This document shows positions 46,209 to 56,891 of a DNA stretch of 64,000 nucleotides, piece after piece. How positions within the stretch are numbered: the stretch's first letter is position 1; the number at the start of each line of letters is the position of its first letter. Source of the DNA: Candidatus Omnitrophota bacterium. Lineage in GTDB: Bacteria > Omnitrophota > Omnitrophia > Omnitrophales > Aquincolibacteriaceae. The translations under genes and the position numbers were made by a program. The notes beneath the pieces are model-generated. The model made no database searches, was not told where the DNA came from, and saw only the letters and a list, made by a program, of their open reading frames with translations. The stretch spans positions 29,872 through 93,871 of the forward strand of contig JAUYMS010000012.1 in the NCBI GenBank assembly GCA_030698625.1. The letters are read 5' to 3'.

Positions 46209-47317
46209 TGCCCTTCCGCGTGTCTTTTTTTCTGATGTTCTCGCTGATGATCACGACTTCTGCGGGTTTTGCCGAGGACGAGAAATCATCGGCGGCTAAG
46301 GCATTGGAAAGGAGGCAGAAGGTGCAGTTGATGAGTTTTTTTCATCAGGACCCGAAGCAGGCCAAGCTCCCCACGGCACCGATGGCCATTGAGCTGTTCA
46401 ATCAGGCCGTAGAGTTCTACCAACAGCAGGAGTATGAGCTTGCGCTCGAGGTCTTGAGAGATTCGCTGCATTACGATGACCAGAATGCCCTGGCGTATGA
46501 ACTTATAGGCGACATCTATTACCTGCAGCAAAAGCTTGCCGATGCCAAAGAGAATTACCAGATCGCGTTTGCCTTAAGGCCGCAGGCCGATTTGAAGGCC
46601 AAGATCGAGAAATTGCGCGCTGAGGCGACCGTAGAGCGGGGACTGGCAACTTATCGGGAAAAACACTTCATCATCAAATACCGGGGAGAAGACATGCGCT
46701 TTGAAGGTTATGAATTGCGTGAACTGCTCCGGCAGACTTACCGCGATCTCTCGAAGACGCTCGGTTATTACTTCAACCACAAGGTGGTCGTGGTGCTTTA
46801 CGATCAGAAAGAGTTCGCCGAGATTACGCGGCTGCCGCACTGGGCAGCCGGTGTTTACGACGGCAAGGTCCGCATGCCGATTTACAAACAAGGTTTTCAG
46901 GAGATCGATCTTAAGGCCCTGACGGTGCATGAGGTGACCCACGCTTTTGTCGCAGGGATGAGTTCGCGGCGGGCTCCGGCATGGGTCAACGAAGGGTTGG
47001 CGGAGTACTTCGAGCGGCAGGTTCAGCCGGGTGATGATCTGGTCCTCAAAGCCGCCATCAAGACTAATACCCTGATCGCCGTCGACAAACTGATGTTGCC
47101 CGGAATTACAGGCTCCCTGAATGACCCCCTGCTGATAACTCTCTTTTATGACCAGTCTTACAGCCTTGTCCGCTACATGATAGACCGGTACGGATTGTTC
47201 CGCATGAAGAAGCTGTTGGAGGAGTTCGGCAAGGGGTCAAACTCGGATGAGGCTCTGAGAAAGGTACTCAGGATCTCTCCTCTGAAGCTGGAGGCCGAGT
47301 GGAAGGAAACTTTGTAG
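46205..47317 (+). CDS. secreted TPR protein with HExxH putative metallopeptidase (peptidase MA-like) region
   Basis: Signal peptide, TPR repeats, then LTVHEVTHAF (HExxH) ... NEGLAEYFE (a putative third ligand Glu). Confidence 0.45.
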   Translation: MMPFRVSFFLMFSLMITTSAGFAEDEKSSAAKALERRQKVQLMSFFHQDPKQAKLPTAPMAIELFNQAVEFYQQQEYELALEVLRDSLHYDDQNALAYELIGDIYYLQQKLADAKENYQIAFALRPQADLKAKIEKLRAEATVERGLATYREKHFIIKYRGEDMRFEGYELRELLRQTYRDLSKTLGYYFNHKVVVVLYDQKEFAEITRLPHWAAGVYDGKVRMPIYKQGFQEIDLKALTVHEVTHAFVAGMSSRRAPAWVNEGLAEYFERQVQPGDDLVLKAAIKTNTLIAVDKLMLPGITGSLNDPLLITLFYDQSYSLVRYMIDRYGLFRMKKLLEEFGKGSNSDEALRKVLRISPLKLEAEWKETL

Positions 47318-47371
47318 GGCGTCTCGCACGAACCCGTGCTATAATTATCCCTTTGTACAACAGGGGTTACG

Positions 47372-49285
47372 ATGAATAAGTCTTCCTTTTTGGCGGGTCT
47401 GTTTTGTGTGTTTGCGATTGGAATCCCCCTGTTCGCCCAGGATATCCTTGTCACTTCCACTTTTGATAAGCGCTCGGCCAACGTCAACGAAGAGATCCGC
47501 CTGACAATTCGCGTGACGGGGTCTCAGGGAAATATTCAGGCCCCGCGCCTTCCGGACTTTCAAGGATTTGATACGTTTTATACGGGGCGTGCGTCGCATC
47601 TTACTTTTGTCAACGGGCAGTCGAGCTCGATGGTGGAATTCAGCTACGTGTTGATTCCGAAAGTCGCAGGGCGGTTTACGCTCGCTCCGATTCAGGTCAC
47701 GGCCGGGGGCCGTGTGTTTCGAACCGATGCCATATCGGTGGAAATTCTGGCAGACAAGGGAACTATGGGGCGCGCCACACCGGAGCCCGCGCAAGCGCAG
47801 CCTTCGGGATTTCAGCCCGCACCGGGAGTGCAAGCGCCCCCGGTACAAGCCCCGCAGGTTTCGTCGCAACCCGATGAAAATATTTTTGTTCAGGCGTGGA
47901 TTGACAAGGAAGCCGTCTATCCGAATGAGCAGGTGCTGCTCAGCTATTCGTTGTATACGCGATACGACACGCGGTACGAAGGGTTTGAAGAGGAGCCGCA
48001 GATCAGCGGGTTCTGGATCGAAGAGTTTCCTATGGACCGCAATATTGAGCGCGAGACCGTGAGGGTTAACGGCAGGCGCTACATCAAGGCCGACATTCGA
48101 AAAATCGCCTTGTTTCCGACGGCCGCGGCCGAGTATACGATTCAGCCGGGCACACTTAAGGTTTCAGTCCGCAATGAGCCGCAGCAATCCAGTATCTTTG
48201 ACGACTTTTTCAGCGACAGTTTTTTTAGCGGCGGCAGTTTCTTTGCGCGGCGCGAGTCGCGCTTGCTCAGGCCGGCGCCGATTCGTTTTACCGTCAAGCC
48301 CTTCCCCGATGAGGGCAAGCCCGACGGTTTCACGGGCGTCGTCGGCGATTTTCGTGTCTCGGCAACCGTGGACAAGCAGGAAGTAAAGCAGAACGAACCG
48401 GTGACCATGACGCTCATCATTCAGGGGCAGGGCAATATCGAAACCTTGAACATGCCGAAGCTCCCGGAACTGCCGGAGTTCAGAATTTATGAAGCCGATG
48501 CCTCCTCGCAGTTGTTCAAGAGCGGAGACGTCATCGGCGGCACGAAGACATTCGAAGTGGTGTTTATTCCGAAGCAGGCGGGACGAGTCGTTATCCCAAA
48601 ATTGGAATTTAGTTTTTTTAATCCGCAGCGGCGCCAGTACGTCACCCAGGATACGCCTCAGTTTCCTCTAACCGTCGAAGAATCGACCGAAGTATTTCAG
48701 CTGCCGAGCCGCATTGCGGATCTCGGTGCTTACAAGAAGAACATTGAAGTCGAAGGGCGGGATATCCGGTATATCAATGAAAAATATCCGACGGGTGTTA
48801 AAGAGCGGGTTGTTAAGGGGCTCTATTACGGTTTTGCGGTATCCGGAGCGCTTTTGACGCTGCTCTATGGGTTCGGCCTGTGGCGGCATCGCACGGAGCG
48901 GATTTTTGCCAAGGATTCGGCCCTGAGGAGGCGGAAACTGGCGCGATCCTCGGCCGCGTCATCGATCAAGCAGTTGAAGCGTCTGATGAAATCGAAGAAG
49001 GGGACTGAGCTCGGGGCTTATTATGAGGGCGTGGACAAGGTTCTGACCCAGTATCTGAGCGACAAGTTCAATCTCTCGACGTTCGGGACGGCACGCCTGG
49101 ATTTGGAAAGACAATTAGAACAAGCCCTGGGTTCCGGAGATTCCCTTTATCAGAGCATTCTGGAACTGTATCGTCTCTGCGATGAATCACGGTTTGCGCG
49201 GGGCACGGTTGCGGAGGAACACAAGGTGGAAGCCCTGAATATTTTGCAGGAGACCATTGCGCGGGTCGACAAGGTGAGACAATGA
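47372..49285 (+). CDS. BatD-like (aerotolerance operon) protein
   Basis: Signal peptide. Long extracytoplasmic domain with the BatD-like start (FDKRSANVNEEIRLTIRVTG). A single TM near the C-terminus (GLYYGFAVSGALLTLLYGFGLW) and a cytoplasmic tail. Confidence 0.6.
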   Translation: MNKSSFLAGLFCVFAIGIPLFAQDILVTSTFDKRSANVNEEIRLTIRVTGSQGNIQAPRLPDFQGFDTFYTGRASHLTFVNGQSSSMVEFSYVLIPKVAGRFTLAPIQVTAGGRVFRTDAISVEILADKGTMGRATPEPAQAQPSGFQPAPGVQAPPVQAPQVSSQPDENIFVQAWIDKEAVYPNEQVLLSYSLYTRYDTRYEGFEEEPQISGFWIEEFPMDRNIERETVRVNGRRYIKADIRKIALFPTAAAEYTIQPGTLKVSVRNEPQQSSIFDDFFSDSFFSGGSFFARRESRLLRPAPIRFTVKPFPDEGKPDGFTGVVGDFRVSATVDKQEVKQNEPVTMTLIIQGQGNIETLNMPKLPELPEFRIYEADASSQLFKSGDVIGGTKTFEVVFIPKQAGRVVIPKLEFSFFNPQRRQYVTQDTPQFPLTVEESTEVFQLPSRIADLGAYKKNIEVEGRDIRYINEKYPTGVKERVVKGLYYGFAVSGALLTLLYGFGLWRHRTERIFAKDSALRRRKLARSSAASSIKQLKRLMKSKKGTELGAYYEGVDKVLTQYLSDKFNLSTFGTARLDLERQLEQALGSGDSLYQSILELYRLCDESRFARGTVAEEHKVEALNILQETIARVDKVRQ

Positions 49286-50079
49286 TCCGGCATAAAAAGA
49301 GATCGCATATCTTGAGTTTCGCGGCCTTGATTTTAATCGTCGTCCTTGCGTTTGTCTGCGGTATGGGCAAGCGCGCGAATGCGCAAATGCAGGAAGACGA
49401 CAAGATGACTTTCGAGTCGGCAAACCAAAATTATCGTGAGGGAAAATATAGCGACGCCATACGTTTGTATCAGGGGTTGGCCGAAAAATATCCGGGGCAG
49501 GGAGTGTTTTTCTATAATCTGGGTAACAGCTATTTTCGTAACGGCGCGTTGGGTAAGGCTATTCTTTCCTATGAGCGGGCGAGGCTGCACGAACCGCGCG
49601 ATAAGGATATTTATTACAATCTTAAATATTTAAACGGACTGCTTGAATACCGCGTCGACGACAAGCGTAACTGGTACATTCGCACCGGGGAGATCGTTCT
49701 ACAGCGGTTTACGGTAAAGGAGATGGGCGTCTTATTGCTCATGACCTATTTTACCTTCATGGCGGGGAATTCCTTCGTGGTCTTCTTTCTCCCGGGGGAG
49801 CCCTGGAAATGGAAGCGGAAAGCCGCGCTGACCTTATTTCTTGTTTTTGCGGTTCTATTCGGACTAAAGCAGGTTGAAGAGAATGTGCTCAAAGATGCCA
49901 TCGTGACGACCCAGGAAGCCGAGATTCGTTACGGGCCGTCGGCTCAGGATCAGGTCGCGTTCCGGCTCGGAGAGGGCTTGAAGGTTCAGGTTATCGACTC
50001 GCGCGAGAAATGGAGCCGCATTCTTTTAGCCAATAGAGAAAGCGGCTGGGTCCGGCAATCGGATATCGCTATCGTATGA
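49282..50079 (+). CDS. TPR + C-terminal SH3-like domain protein (BatE-like)
   Basis: TPR repeats ([23 protein letters not shown]), TM segments, and a C-terminal SH3b-like ending ([24 protein letters not shown]). Confidence 0.5.
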   Translation: MIRHKKRSHILSFAALILIVVLAFVCGMGKRANAQMQEDDKMTFESANQNYREGKYSDAIRLYQGLAEKYPGQGVFFYNLGNSYFRNGALGKAILSYERARLHEPRDKDIYYNLKYLNGLLEYRVDDKRNWYIRTGEIVLQRFTVKEMGVLLLMTYFTFMAGNSFVVFFLPGEPWKWKRKAALTLFLVFAVLFGLKQVEENVLKDAIVTTQEAEIRYGPSAQDQVAFRLGEGLKVQVIDSREKWSRILLANRESGWVRQSDIAIV

Positions 50080-51269
50080 TGAAAAAGACATTACCGGATA
50101 AACGAGGCTATTTCGGAGATTTCGGGGGGCGCTATGTGCCGGAGACCCTCATGCGTGCGCTCGACGAGCTTACGAATGCGTATCGTCTCGTTCGCAAAGA
50201 CTCGAATTTCCAAAAGGAACTGCGCGAATATCTGGAAGACTATGCAGGCCGCCCGACGGCGCTTTATGAAGCGAAGCGTTTGAGCGCTGTCTATAAGCGG
50301 GCCCGCATTTTTCTCAAGCGCGAAGACCTTTGTCACACAGGCGCGCATAAGATTAACAACACGTTAGGACAGGGGCTCCTGGCCGTGAGGCTGGGCAAGA
50401 AGAGGATCGTCGCCGAAACGGGTGCCGGGCAACACGGGGTGGCGACAGCTACGGCATGCCGCGTTTTCGGGCTGAAGTGCGTTGTCTACATGGGTGCCCT
50501 GGATATCGAGCGGCAGGCTCTGAATGTCTACAAGATGAGGTTACTCGGCGCCGAAGTCCGCCCTGTCTATTCGGGCTCCCGGACCTTGAAGGACGCGACC
50601 AATGAAGCCATTCGAGACTGGGTCACAAACGTGGATGATACGCATTATTTATTGGGGTCGGTAGTCGGTCCGCATCCGTACCCGGCCATGGTTCGCGATT
50701 TTCAATCCACCATCGGAGATGAGACACGCGGCCAGCTCCGCAAAAAACGGGTCGGACTGCCCGATTACCTGATCGCCTGTGTCGGCGGCGGCAGCAACGC
50801 GATCGGCTTCTTTCATACTTTTCTCAAAGACCGGGGCGTGCGAATGATCGGTGTCGAGGCCGCGGGTAAAGGCGTCAACACGCGTGAACACGCGGCGACC
50901 CTGACTAAAGGTTTTCCGGGCATTTTGCACGGCATGAAGAGTTATCTGTTACAAAACCGCGACGGGCAGGTGGAACTCGCACATTCGATTTCCGCGGGCC
51001 TCGATTATCCCTCGGTCGGCCCGGAACACTCCTATTTGAAAGACGCGAAACGCGTAAGGTACGTGACCGCCACGGACCGCGACGCGCTCGACGGTTTTAA
51101 ACTGCTGACCGAAGCCGAAGGCATTATGCCCGCCTTGGAGCCGTCGCATGCGATCGGTTATTTGAAGCGTCTGATGCCTAAAACCAAGAAATCGGAATCG
51201 GTTGTGCTTTGTCTTTCGGGCCGCGGAGATAAAGATATCGATACCGTGAAATCACTTCTGAAGACCTGA
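50076..51269 (+). CDS. trpB: tryptophan synthase beta chain
   Basis: [14 protein letters not shown], and the PLP lysine region HTGAHKINN. Confidence 0.9.
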   Translation: MMKKTLPDKRGYFGDFGGRYVPETLMRALDELTNAYRLVRKDSNFQKELREYLEDYAGRPTALYEAKRLSAVYKRARIFLKREDLCHTGAHKINNTLGQGLLAVRLGKKRIVAETGAGQHGVATATACRVFGLKCVVYMGALDIERQALNVYKMRLLGAEVRPVYSGSRTLKDATNEAIRDWVTNVDDTHYLLGSVVGPHPYPAMVRDFQSTIGDETRGQLRKKRVGLPDYLIACVGGGSNAIGFFHTFLKDRGVRMIGVEAAGKGVNTREHAATLTKGFPGILHGMKSYLLQNRDGQVELAHSISAGLDYPSVGPEHSYLKDAKRVRYVTATDRDALDGFKLLTEAEGIMPALEPSHAIGYLKRLMPKTKKSESVVLCLSGRGDKDIDTVKSLLKT

Positions 51270-51270
51270 C

Positions 51271-52068
51271 ATGACAGAGAGTCGTCTCATTGACAAACTC
51301 GGGAACTTGCGCAAACAAAAATCGAAGGTGTTCTGCGCCTTCCTCACCCTGGGTTATCCGAATCTGGGCGCGACCGAGAAATTGATTAAGGCCTTCGATC
51401 GCGAAGGCGTGGATATCATTGAACTTGGTTTTCCTTTTTCGGATCCGTTGGCCGACGGGCCCACCATTCAGTATTCGTCCGAGAAGGCCTTGGCCCGCGG
51501 AGTGACTCTCCGAGATGCCTTCGGCCTCGCAAAAAAATTACGAAGGCAGGGTTGTCGGATCCCGATCCTCTTTTTTTCTTATTTGAATCCGATCTACCGC
51601 TACGGAATTCGCGCGTTTGCAAAAAAGGCTGCGGCCTCGGGTTTTGACGGCGTGATTGTGCCGGATCTGCCGCCGGAAGAAGAGACCGGCTTTCAGCATG
51701 ATTGCCGCCGCTATGGACTGGCGCAGGTTTTTCTCGTCACACCGACCACCGCGCAGCCGCGGGCTCGCGCCATCGCGCGAAAATGCCGGGGATTTATCTA
51801 TTACGTCTCATTGCGCGGTGTGACCGGAGCGCGCAGAAACATTTCCGCCGATGTGCGGCGCCATCTGGCCGTCTTGGAAAAGGACACCGACAAACCGGTG
51901 CTCGTCGGATTCGGTGTTTCCAGCCCGAAGCAGGCCAAGTTTTTGTCGGGTCTGAGTGAAGGTGTGATTGTCGGCAGCGCCATTATCGATCGGCTCAGAA
52001 AATCATCGGGAAAAACGGGCCCGGCCATTGCTTATATTCGGAGTATGGTCAGGGCCGTAAAGAGTTAA
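51271..52068 (+). CDS. trpA: tryptophan synthase alpha chain
   Basis: TIM barrel with IELGFPFSDPLADGPTIQ and YVSLRGVTG. Confidence 0.85.
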   Translation: MTESRLIDKLGNLRKQKSKVFCAFLTLGYPNLGATEKLIKAFDREGVDIIELGFPFSDPLADGPTIQYSSEKALARGVTLRDAFGLAKKLRRQGCRIPILFFSYLNPIYRYGIRAFAKKAAASGFDGVIVPDLPPEEETGFQHDCRRYGLAQVFLVTPTTAQPRARAIARKCRGFIYYVSLRGVTGARRNISADVRRHLAVLEKDTDKPVLVGFGVSSPKQAKFLSGLSEGVIVGSAIIDRLRKSSGKTGPAIAYIRSMVRAVKS

Positions 52069-52080
52069 GGGTGGTTAACT

Positions 52081-52512
52081 GTGGTTTATTTGGGGCTGGA
52101 TCTCGGGACAAAAAGGGTTGGCGTCGCGGTTAGCGATCCGAGCGGATCAATGGCGTTACCCCTAACGACCCTGGATTACCTGGGGCGTGCTTATCTCCTG
52201 AATCAATTGCGTGATCTGATTGGACAGTATAAGGCCGATCGGGTTGTCCTGGGGTATCCCAAAAAATTGGACGGATCGGTCGGCCCGGCAGCCGAGCGGG
52301 CGACAGAGCATGCCGAATGGCTCAAGAGCGAATTGGAGCAGGAAGTGATTCTCTGGGATGAGCGGTTGAGCACTGCGGAGGTCGAGCGGGTACTGCAAGC
52401 GGCCGGCGTCGGACACAAGCGCCGAAAGCAAGTACGCGACCAGCTCGCAGCTCAGCGCATCCTCCAGAACTACCTGGACTACTCGCGCAACAGATCCGGC
52501 GATTCCCGCTGA
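52081..52512 (+). CDS. ruvX: Holliday junction resolvase-like RuvX/YqgF (GTG start)
   Basis: YLGLDLGTKRVGVAVSD RNase H-like N-terminus. Confidence 0.85.
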   Translation: MVYLGLDLGTKRVGVAVSDPSGSMALPLTTLDYLGRAYLLNQLRDLIGQYKADRVVLGYPKKLDGSVGPAAERATEHAEWLKSELEQEVILWDERLSTAEVERVLQAAGVGHKRRKQVRDQLAAQRILQNYLDYSRNRSGDSR

Positions 52513-52514
52513 GT

Positions 52515-53795
52515 ATGGACTACCAACTAACGCAATTGCCGAACGGTCTCAAGGTCGTGACGATTCCCATGCAGGACCGGGAAACCGTCGCGGTAGCGAT
52601 TTGGGTGCGCGTCGGCAGTCGCTATGAGCCCCTGCGGAGTTCGGGGCTATCGCATTTTATGGAGCACATGCTTTTCAAGGGAACCCGCCGGCGCAGTACA
52701 CGCCAGATTAAAGCTGAAATCGAGGGGGTTGGGGGGATGCTCAACGCCTTTACAAGTGAGGAGACGACCTGTTTCTTTGCGAAAGTGATGAAAGACCACT
52801 ATTCCGGAGCGTTGGACGTGCTTGCGGATATGGTCAATCATGCAACACTCAAGCCGGATGAGATCCGCAAAGAAAAGACGGTGATCGTCGAAGAAATTAA
52901 AATGTATCAGGATTTGCCCAGCCATGAGGTTTTTGAGTTGTTGGGAGAAATGGTGTGGCCGAATCAGCCGTTGGGCAGAAATCTTGCCGGAAGTGAAAAA
53001 ACGGTGATGTCATTTACCCGGCCGGACGTCACGAAATTCAAACAGCGCTTTTATCATCCCGGTAATTTGGTGCTCTCAGTCTCGGGTCCGGTTTTTCACG
53101 AGGAAATTTTAGAGCAGGCCCGGTCTCTTTTCGGCGACAAGCCGCGGCATGCCGTCTCCCGCTTTCCGAAGGCCCGAATCAGCCGCCGGGGGCCGAGGAC
53201 CCGTTTCTGTGACAAAGAGACCGCCCAGACGCACTTTGTGATAGGGTTTCATAGTGTTTCCCGGTATCATGCCTATCGTTACGCCGTGGGGCTCCTGAGC
53301 GTCATGCTGGGCGGCAATATGTCGAGCCGGCTCTATGAGGAACTGCGCGAGAAGCGCGGATTGGCCTATGAAATTCGGGCCGGTGCGAGTTTTCTCCAGG
53401 ATACGGGGTGTTTTACCGTTTCTGCAGGGGTCGAGCCCGAGAAGGCGACTACAGCCATTTCAGTGGTCTTGCGGGAGCTGGGCAAAATTTGTCACAGCCG
53501 TATGAGCGAGCGTGAACTGCGGCGGGCGAAGGATTACTTTTTGACCCAGCTTTGGATGGCCCTCGAGGATACCCTTGATCACATGCTCTGGGCCGGCGAG
53601 AGGATGGTTTATAGCGACGATCTGCCCAGTCTCAACTCGCTTCGCAGGGGTATTGAGCAGGTTACTGTGCGCGATATGCAGGAAGCCGCGCGCCAAATAT
53701 TCCAAACACAGAATTTGCACCTTGCTTTGATCGGAAAACTGAATGCGAAACAACAGCGCCGAATCAAAGAAAGCTTTGTGATCCCGGGTGCGTAA
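52515..53795 (+). CDS. M16 family zinc peptidase (pitrilysin-like)
   Basis: Inverted zinc motif HFMEHMLFKGT (HxxEH) and ...E...E downstream. Confidence 0.8.
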   Translation: MDYQLTQLPNGLKVVTIPMQDRETVAVAIWVRVGSRYEPLRSSGLSHFMEHMLFKGTRRRSTRQIKAEIEGVGGMLNAFTSEETTCFFAKVMKDHYSGALDVLADMVNHATLKPDEIRKEKTVIVEEIKMYQDLPSHEVFELLGEMVWPNQPLGRNLAGSEKTVMSFTRPDVTKFKQRFYHPGNLVLSVSGPVFHEEILEQARSLFGDKPRHAVSRFPKARISRRGPRTRFCDKETAQTHFVIGFHSVSRYHAYRYAVGLLSVMLGGNMSSRLYEELREKRGLAYEIRAGASFLQDTGCFTVSAGVEPEKATTAISVVLRELGKICHSRMSERELRRAKDYFLTQLWMALEDTLDHMLWAGERMVYSDDLPSLNSLRRGIEQVTVRDMQEAARQIFQTQNLHLALIGKLNAKQQRRIKESFVIPGA

Positions 53796-54480
53796 ACCAG
53801 AAATTCAAAGCGAGGCATTGAATACGGCTGTGACGCAGAAAACGCTTATAGCGCCCAGTATTTTATCTGCAGACTTTTCACGTTTGGGCGAGGAAATCGA
53901 GGATATCGAAAAGGGAGGCTGCGATATTATTCATATTGATGTCATGGACGGCCGCTTTGTTCCTAATTTGACGCTCGGACCTCCGGTGATCAAACACTTT
54001 CGCAAGGTCTCCAAGCTGCCCTTCGATGTCCATCTCATGATCGACGAGCCCATTAATTCCGTAGCCGATTACAGAAAAGCGGGCGCAGACTGGATTACGA
54101 TTCATGTGGAAGCAGCAAGTGATGTGAGTGCAACTCTGACGGCCATCGGTGACCTGGGCGCGAAAAGAGGTATTTCACTGCGGCCGATGACACCCCTTTC
54201 GGCCGTGGAGCCTTATTTGGACCAGGTAGATCTGGTTCTGATTATGACGGTAGAACCCGGATTCGGCGGCCAGTCATTTATGCCGGAGATGCTGAAGAAG
54301 ATAAGGACGCTCAGGCCGAAGTTTACGGGCCTGATCTCGGTTGACGGCGGCATCAATGTAGAGACTGGGCGCGCTAGTCTGGAAGCCGGCGCCGACATTC
54401 TCGTTGCCGGAACTTCCGTCTTTGGTCAGGAAGACCGTGCCCAGGCGATTGCGTCGCTTCGCCGAGCTGCCGGTAAGTGA
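53788..54480 (+). CDS. rpe: ribulose-phosphate 3-epimerase (alternative GTG start at 53830)
   Basis: IAPSILSADF, HIDVMDG, HLMI, and a TIM barrel. Confidence 0.9.
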   Translation: MRKPEIQSEALNTAVTQKTLIAPSILSADFSRLGEEIEDIEKGGCDIIHIDVMDGRFVPNLTLGPPVIKHFRKVSKLPFDVHLMIDEPINSVADYRKAGADWITIHVEAASDVSATLTAIGDLGAKRGISLRPMTPLSAVEPYLDQVDLVLIMTVEPGFGGQSFMPEMLKKIRTLRPKFTGLISVDGGINVETGRASLEAGADILVAGTSVFGQEDRAQAIASLRRAAGK

Positions 54481-56261
54481 TGGATCCTTCCAAGATTCGC
54501 AATTTTTCCATTATCGCCCACATTGATCACGGAAAGTCTACGCTCGCAGACCGACTTCTGTTGAATACCGGCGCTATTTCCAAGCGAGAATTCCGCGAGC
54601 AAATCCTTGATGACATGGATCTCGAGCGTGAGCGCGGTATTACGATCAAGGCGCGTGCGGTTCGAATTCATTACAAGGACTACTACCTTAATCTGATCGA
54701 CACTCCCGGACATATCGATTTCACGTATGAAGTATCTAAGAGCCTGGCCGCGTGCGAAGGGGTGTTGCTCTTAGTGGACGCGGGCCAGGGGATTCAGGCG
54801 CAGACCGTCACGAATCTTTATTTGGCGATGGAGCGTGATATGTTGATTATCCCGATCATCACCAAAATCGACCTGCCGACGGCGGAACCGGAGCGTGTGC
54901 GCAAGGAAGTCAGTGATTTTCTCGGCTGTAATCCCGATGAGATTCTTTCGATAAGCGCAAAAACCGGAGAGGGCACCGACGAGGTTTTGACGGCGATCAT
55001 CGAGCGAATACCCGCGCCTTCGGGTAACCCGAACTCGCCGTTGAAGGCGCTTATCTTTGATTCAAAGTATGATGTCTACCAGGGGGTCATTGCCTATATC
55101 CGCATTATGGACGGAAAGATTAACCATAATGATGAGTACGTTATGATGCAGATAGGCAAAAAGTATATTGCCGAACAACTCGGCTTTTTGAATCCGCACC
55201 CGGAGGAGTCTGCCGAGATGGGCGTCGGTGAGGTTGGGTATGTCTCCGGCAACATCCGGGATATCGGCGACGTCAAAATCGGGGACACGATAACGCTTAT
55301 AAAATCTCCGGCAACACACCCCCTTGAGGGCTATCAGGAAGTGAAGCCCATGGTTTTTTGCGGGCTATATCCTATTCAGGCAAAGGATTTCGATTCCTTG
55401 CGCGATGCGCTCGGCAAACTTCGTCTTAACGACGCCTCCTTTATGTTCGAACCGGAGACCTCGGCGTCTCTGGGTTTCGGGTTTCGATGTGGTTTTCTCG
55501 GGCTTCTGCATATGGAGATTGCTAAAGAACGTCTGGAACGGGAATTCGGTCTCGACCTTCTCATTACGGCGCCTACCGTTGTTTACCGTGTGTACACGAC
55601 TGATGGCAAAGTGGCCGATCTGGCAAACCCCACGAAATTACCGCCCGTTCAACAGATTGAGAAGATCGAAGAGCCTTATATCCGTGCCAACTTGATTATC
55701 CCTGCGAGCAATATCGGCGCGGTCATGCAGTTTTGCCAGGACCGAAGGGGCATCTATAAGCACACCGAATATCTGGATCAGAACCGCGTCGTGCTGTCCT
55801 ATGAGCTGCCGTTCGCAGAAATCGTTATGGACTTTTACGATAAGTTGAAATCCATGACCGCCGGCTACGGATCCTTTAATTATGATTTTATCGCGGGGCA
55901 GACCGCGAAGCTCGTGAAGCTGGATGTTCTCATTAACGGAGATCCCGTTGATGCGCTTTCGAGTATCGTCGTGAGCGACCAAGCATACCACCGCGGTAAG
56001 GCATTGGTCGAGAAGCTGCGCAAAGTTATCCCGCGCCAACTTTTCGAAGTAGTCATCCAGGCGGCGATCGGCTCAAAGATTATCTCCCGCGAGTCGATAA
56101 GTGCGCTTAAGAAAAACGTAACGGAAAAGTGTTACGGCGGCGACATCACCCGCAAGCGGAAGCTTTGGGATAAGCAGAAAGAGGGTAAGAAGAAAATGAA
56201 GCGTATCGGTAAAGTGGAACTTCCGCAGGAAGCCTTCATCAGCGTCTTGAGGGTGGACTAA
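54477..56261 (+). CDS. lepA: elongation factor 4
   Basis: IRNFSIIAHIDHGKSTLADRLL, DTPGHIDF and NKID G-motifs, and a C-terminal LepA domain. Confidence 0.95.
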   Translation: MMDPSKIRNFSIIAHIDHGKSTLADRLLLNTGAISKREFREQILDDMDLERERGITIKARAVRIHYKDYYLNLIDTPGHIDFTYEVSKSLAACEGVLLLVDAGQGIQAQTVTNLYLAMERDMLIIPIITKIDLPTAEPERVRKEVSDFLGCNPDEILSISAKTGEGTDEVLTAIIERIPAPSGNPNSPLKALIFDSKYDVYQGVIAYIRIMDGKINHNDEYVMMQIGKKYIAEQLGFLNPHPEESAEMGVGEVGYVSGNIRDIGDVKIGDTITLIKSPATHPLEGYQEVKPMVFCGLYPIQAKDFDSLRDALGKLRLNDASFMFEPETSASLGFGFRCGFLGLLHMEIAKERLEREFGLDLLITAPTVVYRVYTTDGKVADLANPTKLPPVQQIEKIEEPYIRANLIIPASNIGAVMQFCQDRRGIYKHTEYLDQNRVVLSYELPFAEIVMDFYDKLKSMTAGYGSFNYDFIAGQTAKLVKLDVLINGDPVDALSSIVVSDQAYHRGKALVEKLRKVIPRQLFEVVIQAAIGSKIISRESISALKKNVTEKCYGGDITRKRKLWDKQKEGKKKMKRIGKVELPQEAFISVLRVD

Positions 56262-56891
56262 ATGCCTATTTGGATCCCCTTAGCGGTTATTGCGGTTTTG
56301 ATCCTTTATCGCCACAAACTTGTCGAGGAGTGGCAGATGTTCAGGACACAAAGGCGCGAATGGCTCCGCGACAAATGGAAGAATTGGGGAGAACCTTTTG
56401 TCGTTGCCGCAATTCTGGCCATCGTGATCCGTACGTTTCTTCTTGGCCCTTATAAGATACCGACCGGATCCATGCGCCCGACATTTCTGGAGGGTGACCG
56501 CATTTTTGTGGATAAAGTTTCCTATCGGTTTAATGAGCCTGACCGCGGCGACATTATTGTGTTTAAGTATCCCGAGGACAAGAAGAAGGATTTCGTGAAG
56601 AGGCTTGTAGGGCTCTCAGGCGATCGCCTGGAGATACGTCAGGGCAAGATCTGGATCAACGGAGAAGCCCTTGATGACCCGCCCTTTTCGCAAAACTACT
56701 ACTACAACATGGGCGATTACGGCAAGGAGAATGGGAGCATCATCATTCCCGAGAATAGTCTTTTCGCCATGGGGGATAACTCGGCCCACTCCTCTGATAG
56801 CCGCAATTGGGGATATGTTCCGCGCGGTAATGTAGTCGGAAAGGCATTTGTGATTTGGTGGCCTCCCAAGCGCGTCAAGCTCGTCGAATAG
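56262..56891 (+). CDS. lepB: signal peptidase I
   Basis: PTGSMRPT (catalytic Ser), catalytic Lys region VKRLVGLSGD, and GDNSAHSSDSRNWG. Confidence 0.85.
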   Translation: MPIWIPLAVIAVLILYRHKLVEEWQMFRTQRREWLRDKWKNWGEPFVVAAILAIVIRTFLLGPYKIPTGSMRPTFLEGDRIFVDKVSYRFNEPDRGDIIVFKYPEDKKKDFVKRLVGLSGDRLEIRQGKIWINGEALDDPPFSQNYYYNMGDYGKENGSIIIPENSLFAMGDNSAHSSDSRNWGYVPRGNVVGKAFVIWWPPKRVKLVE

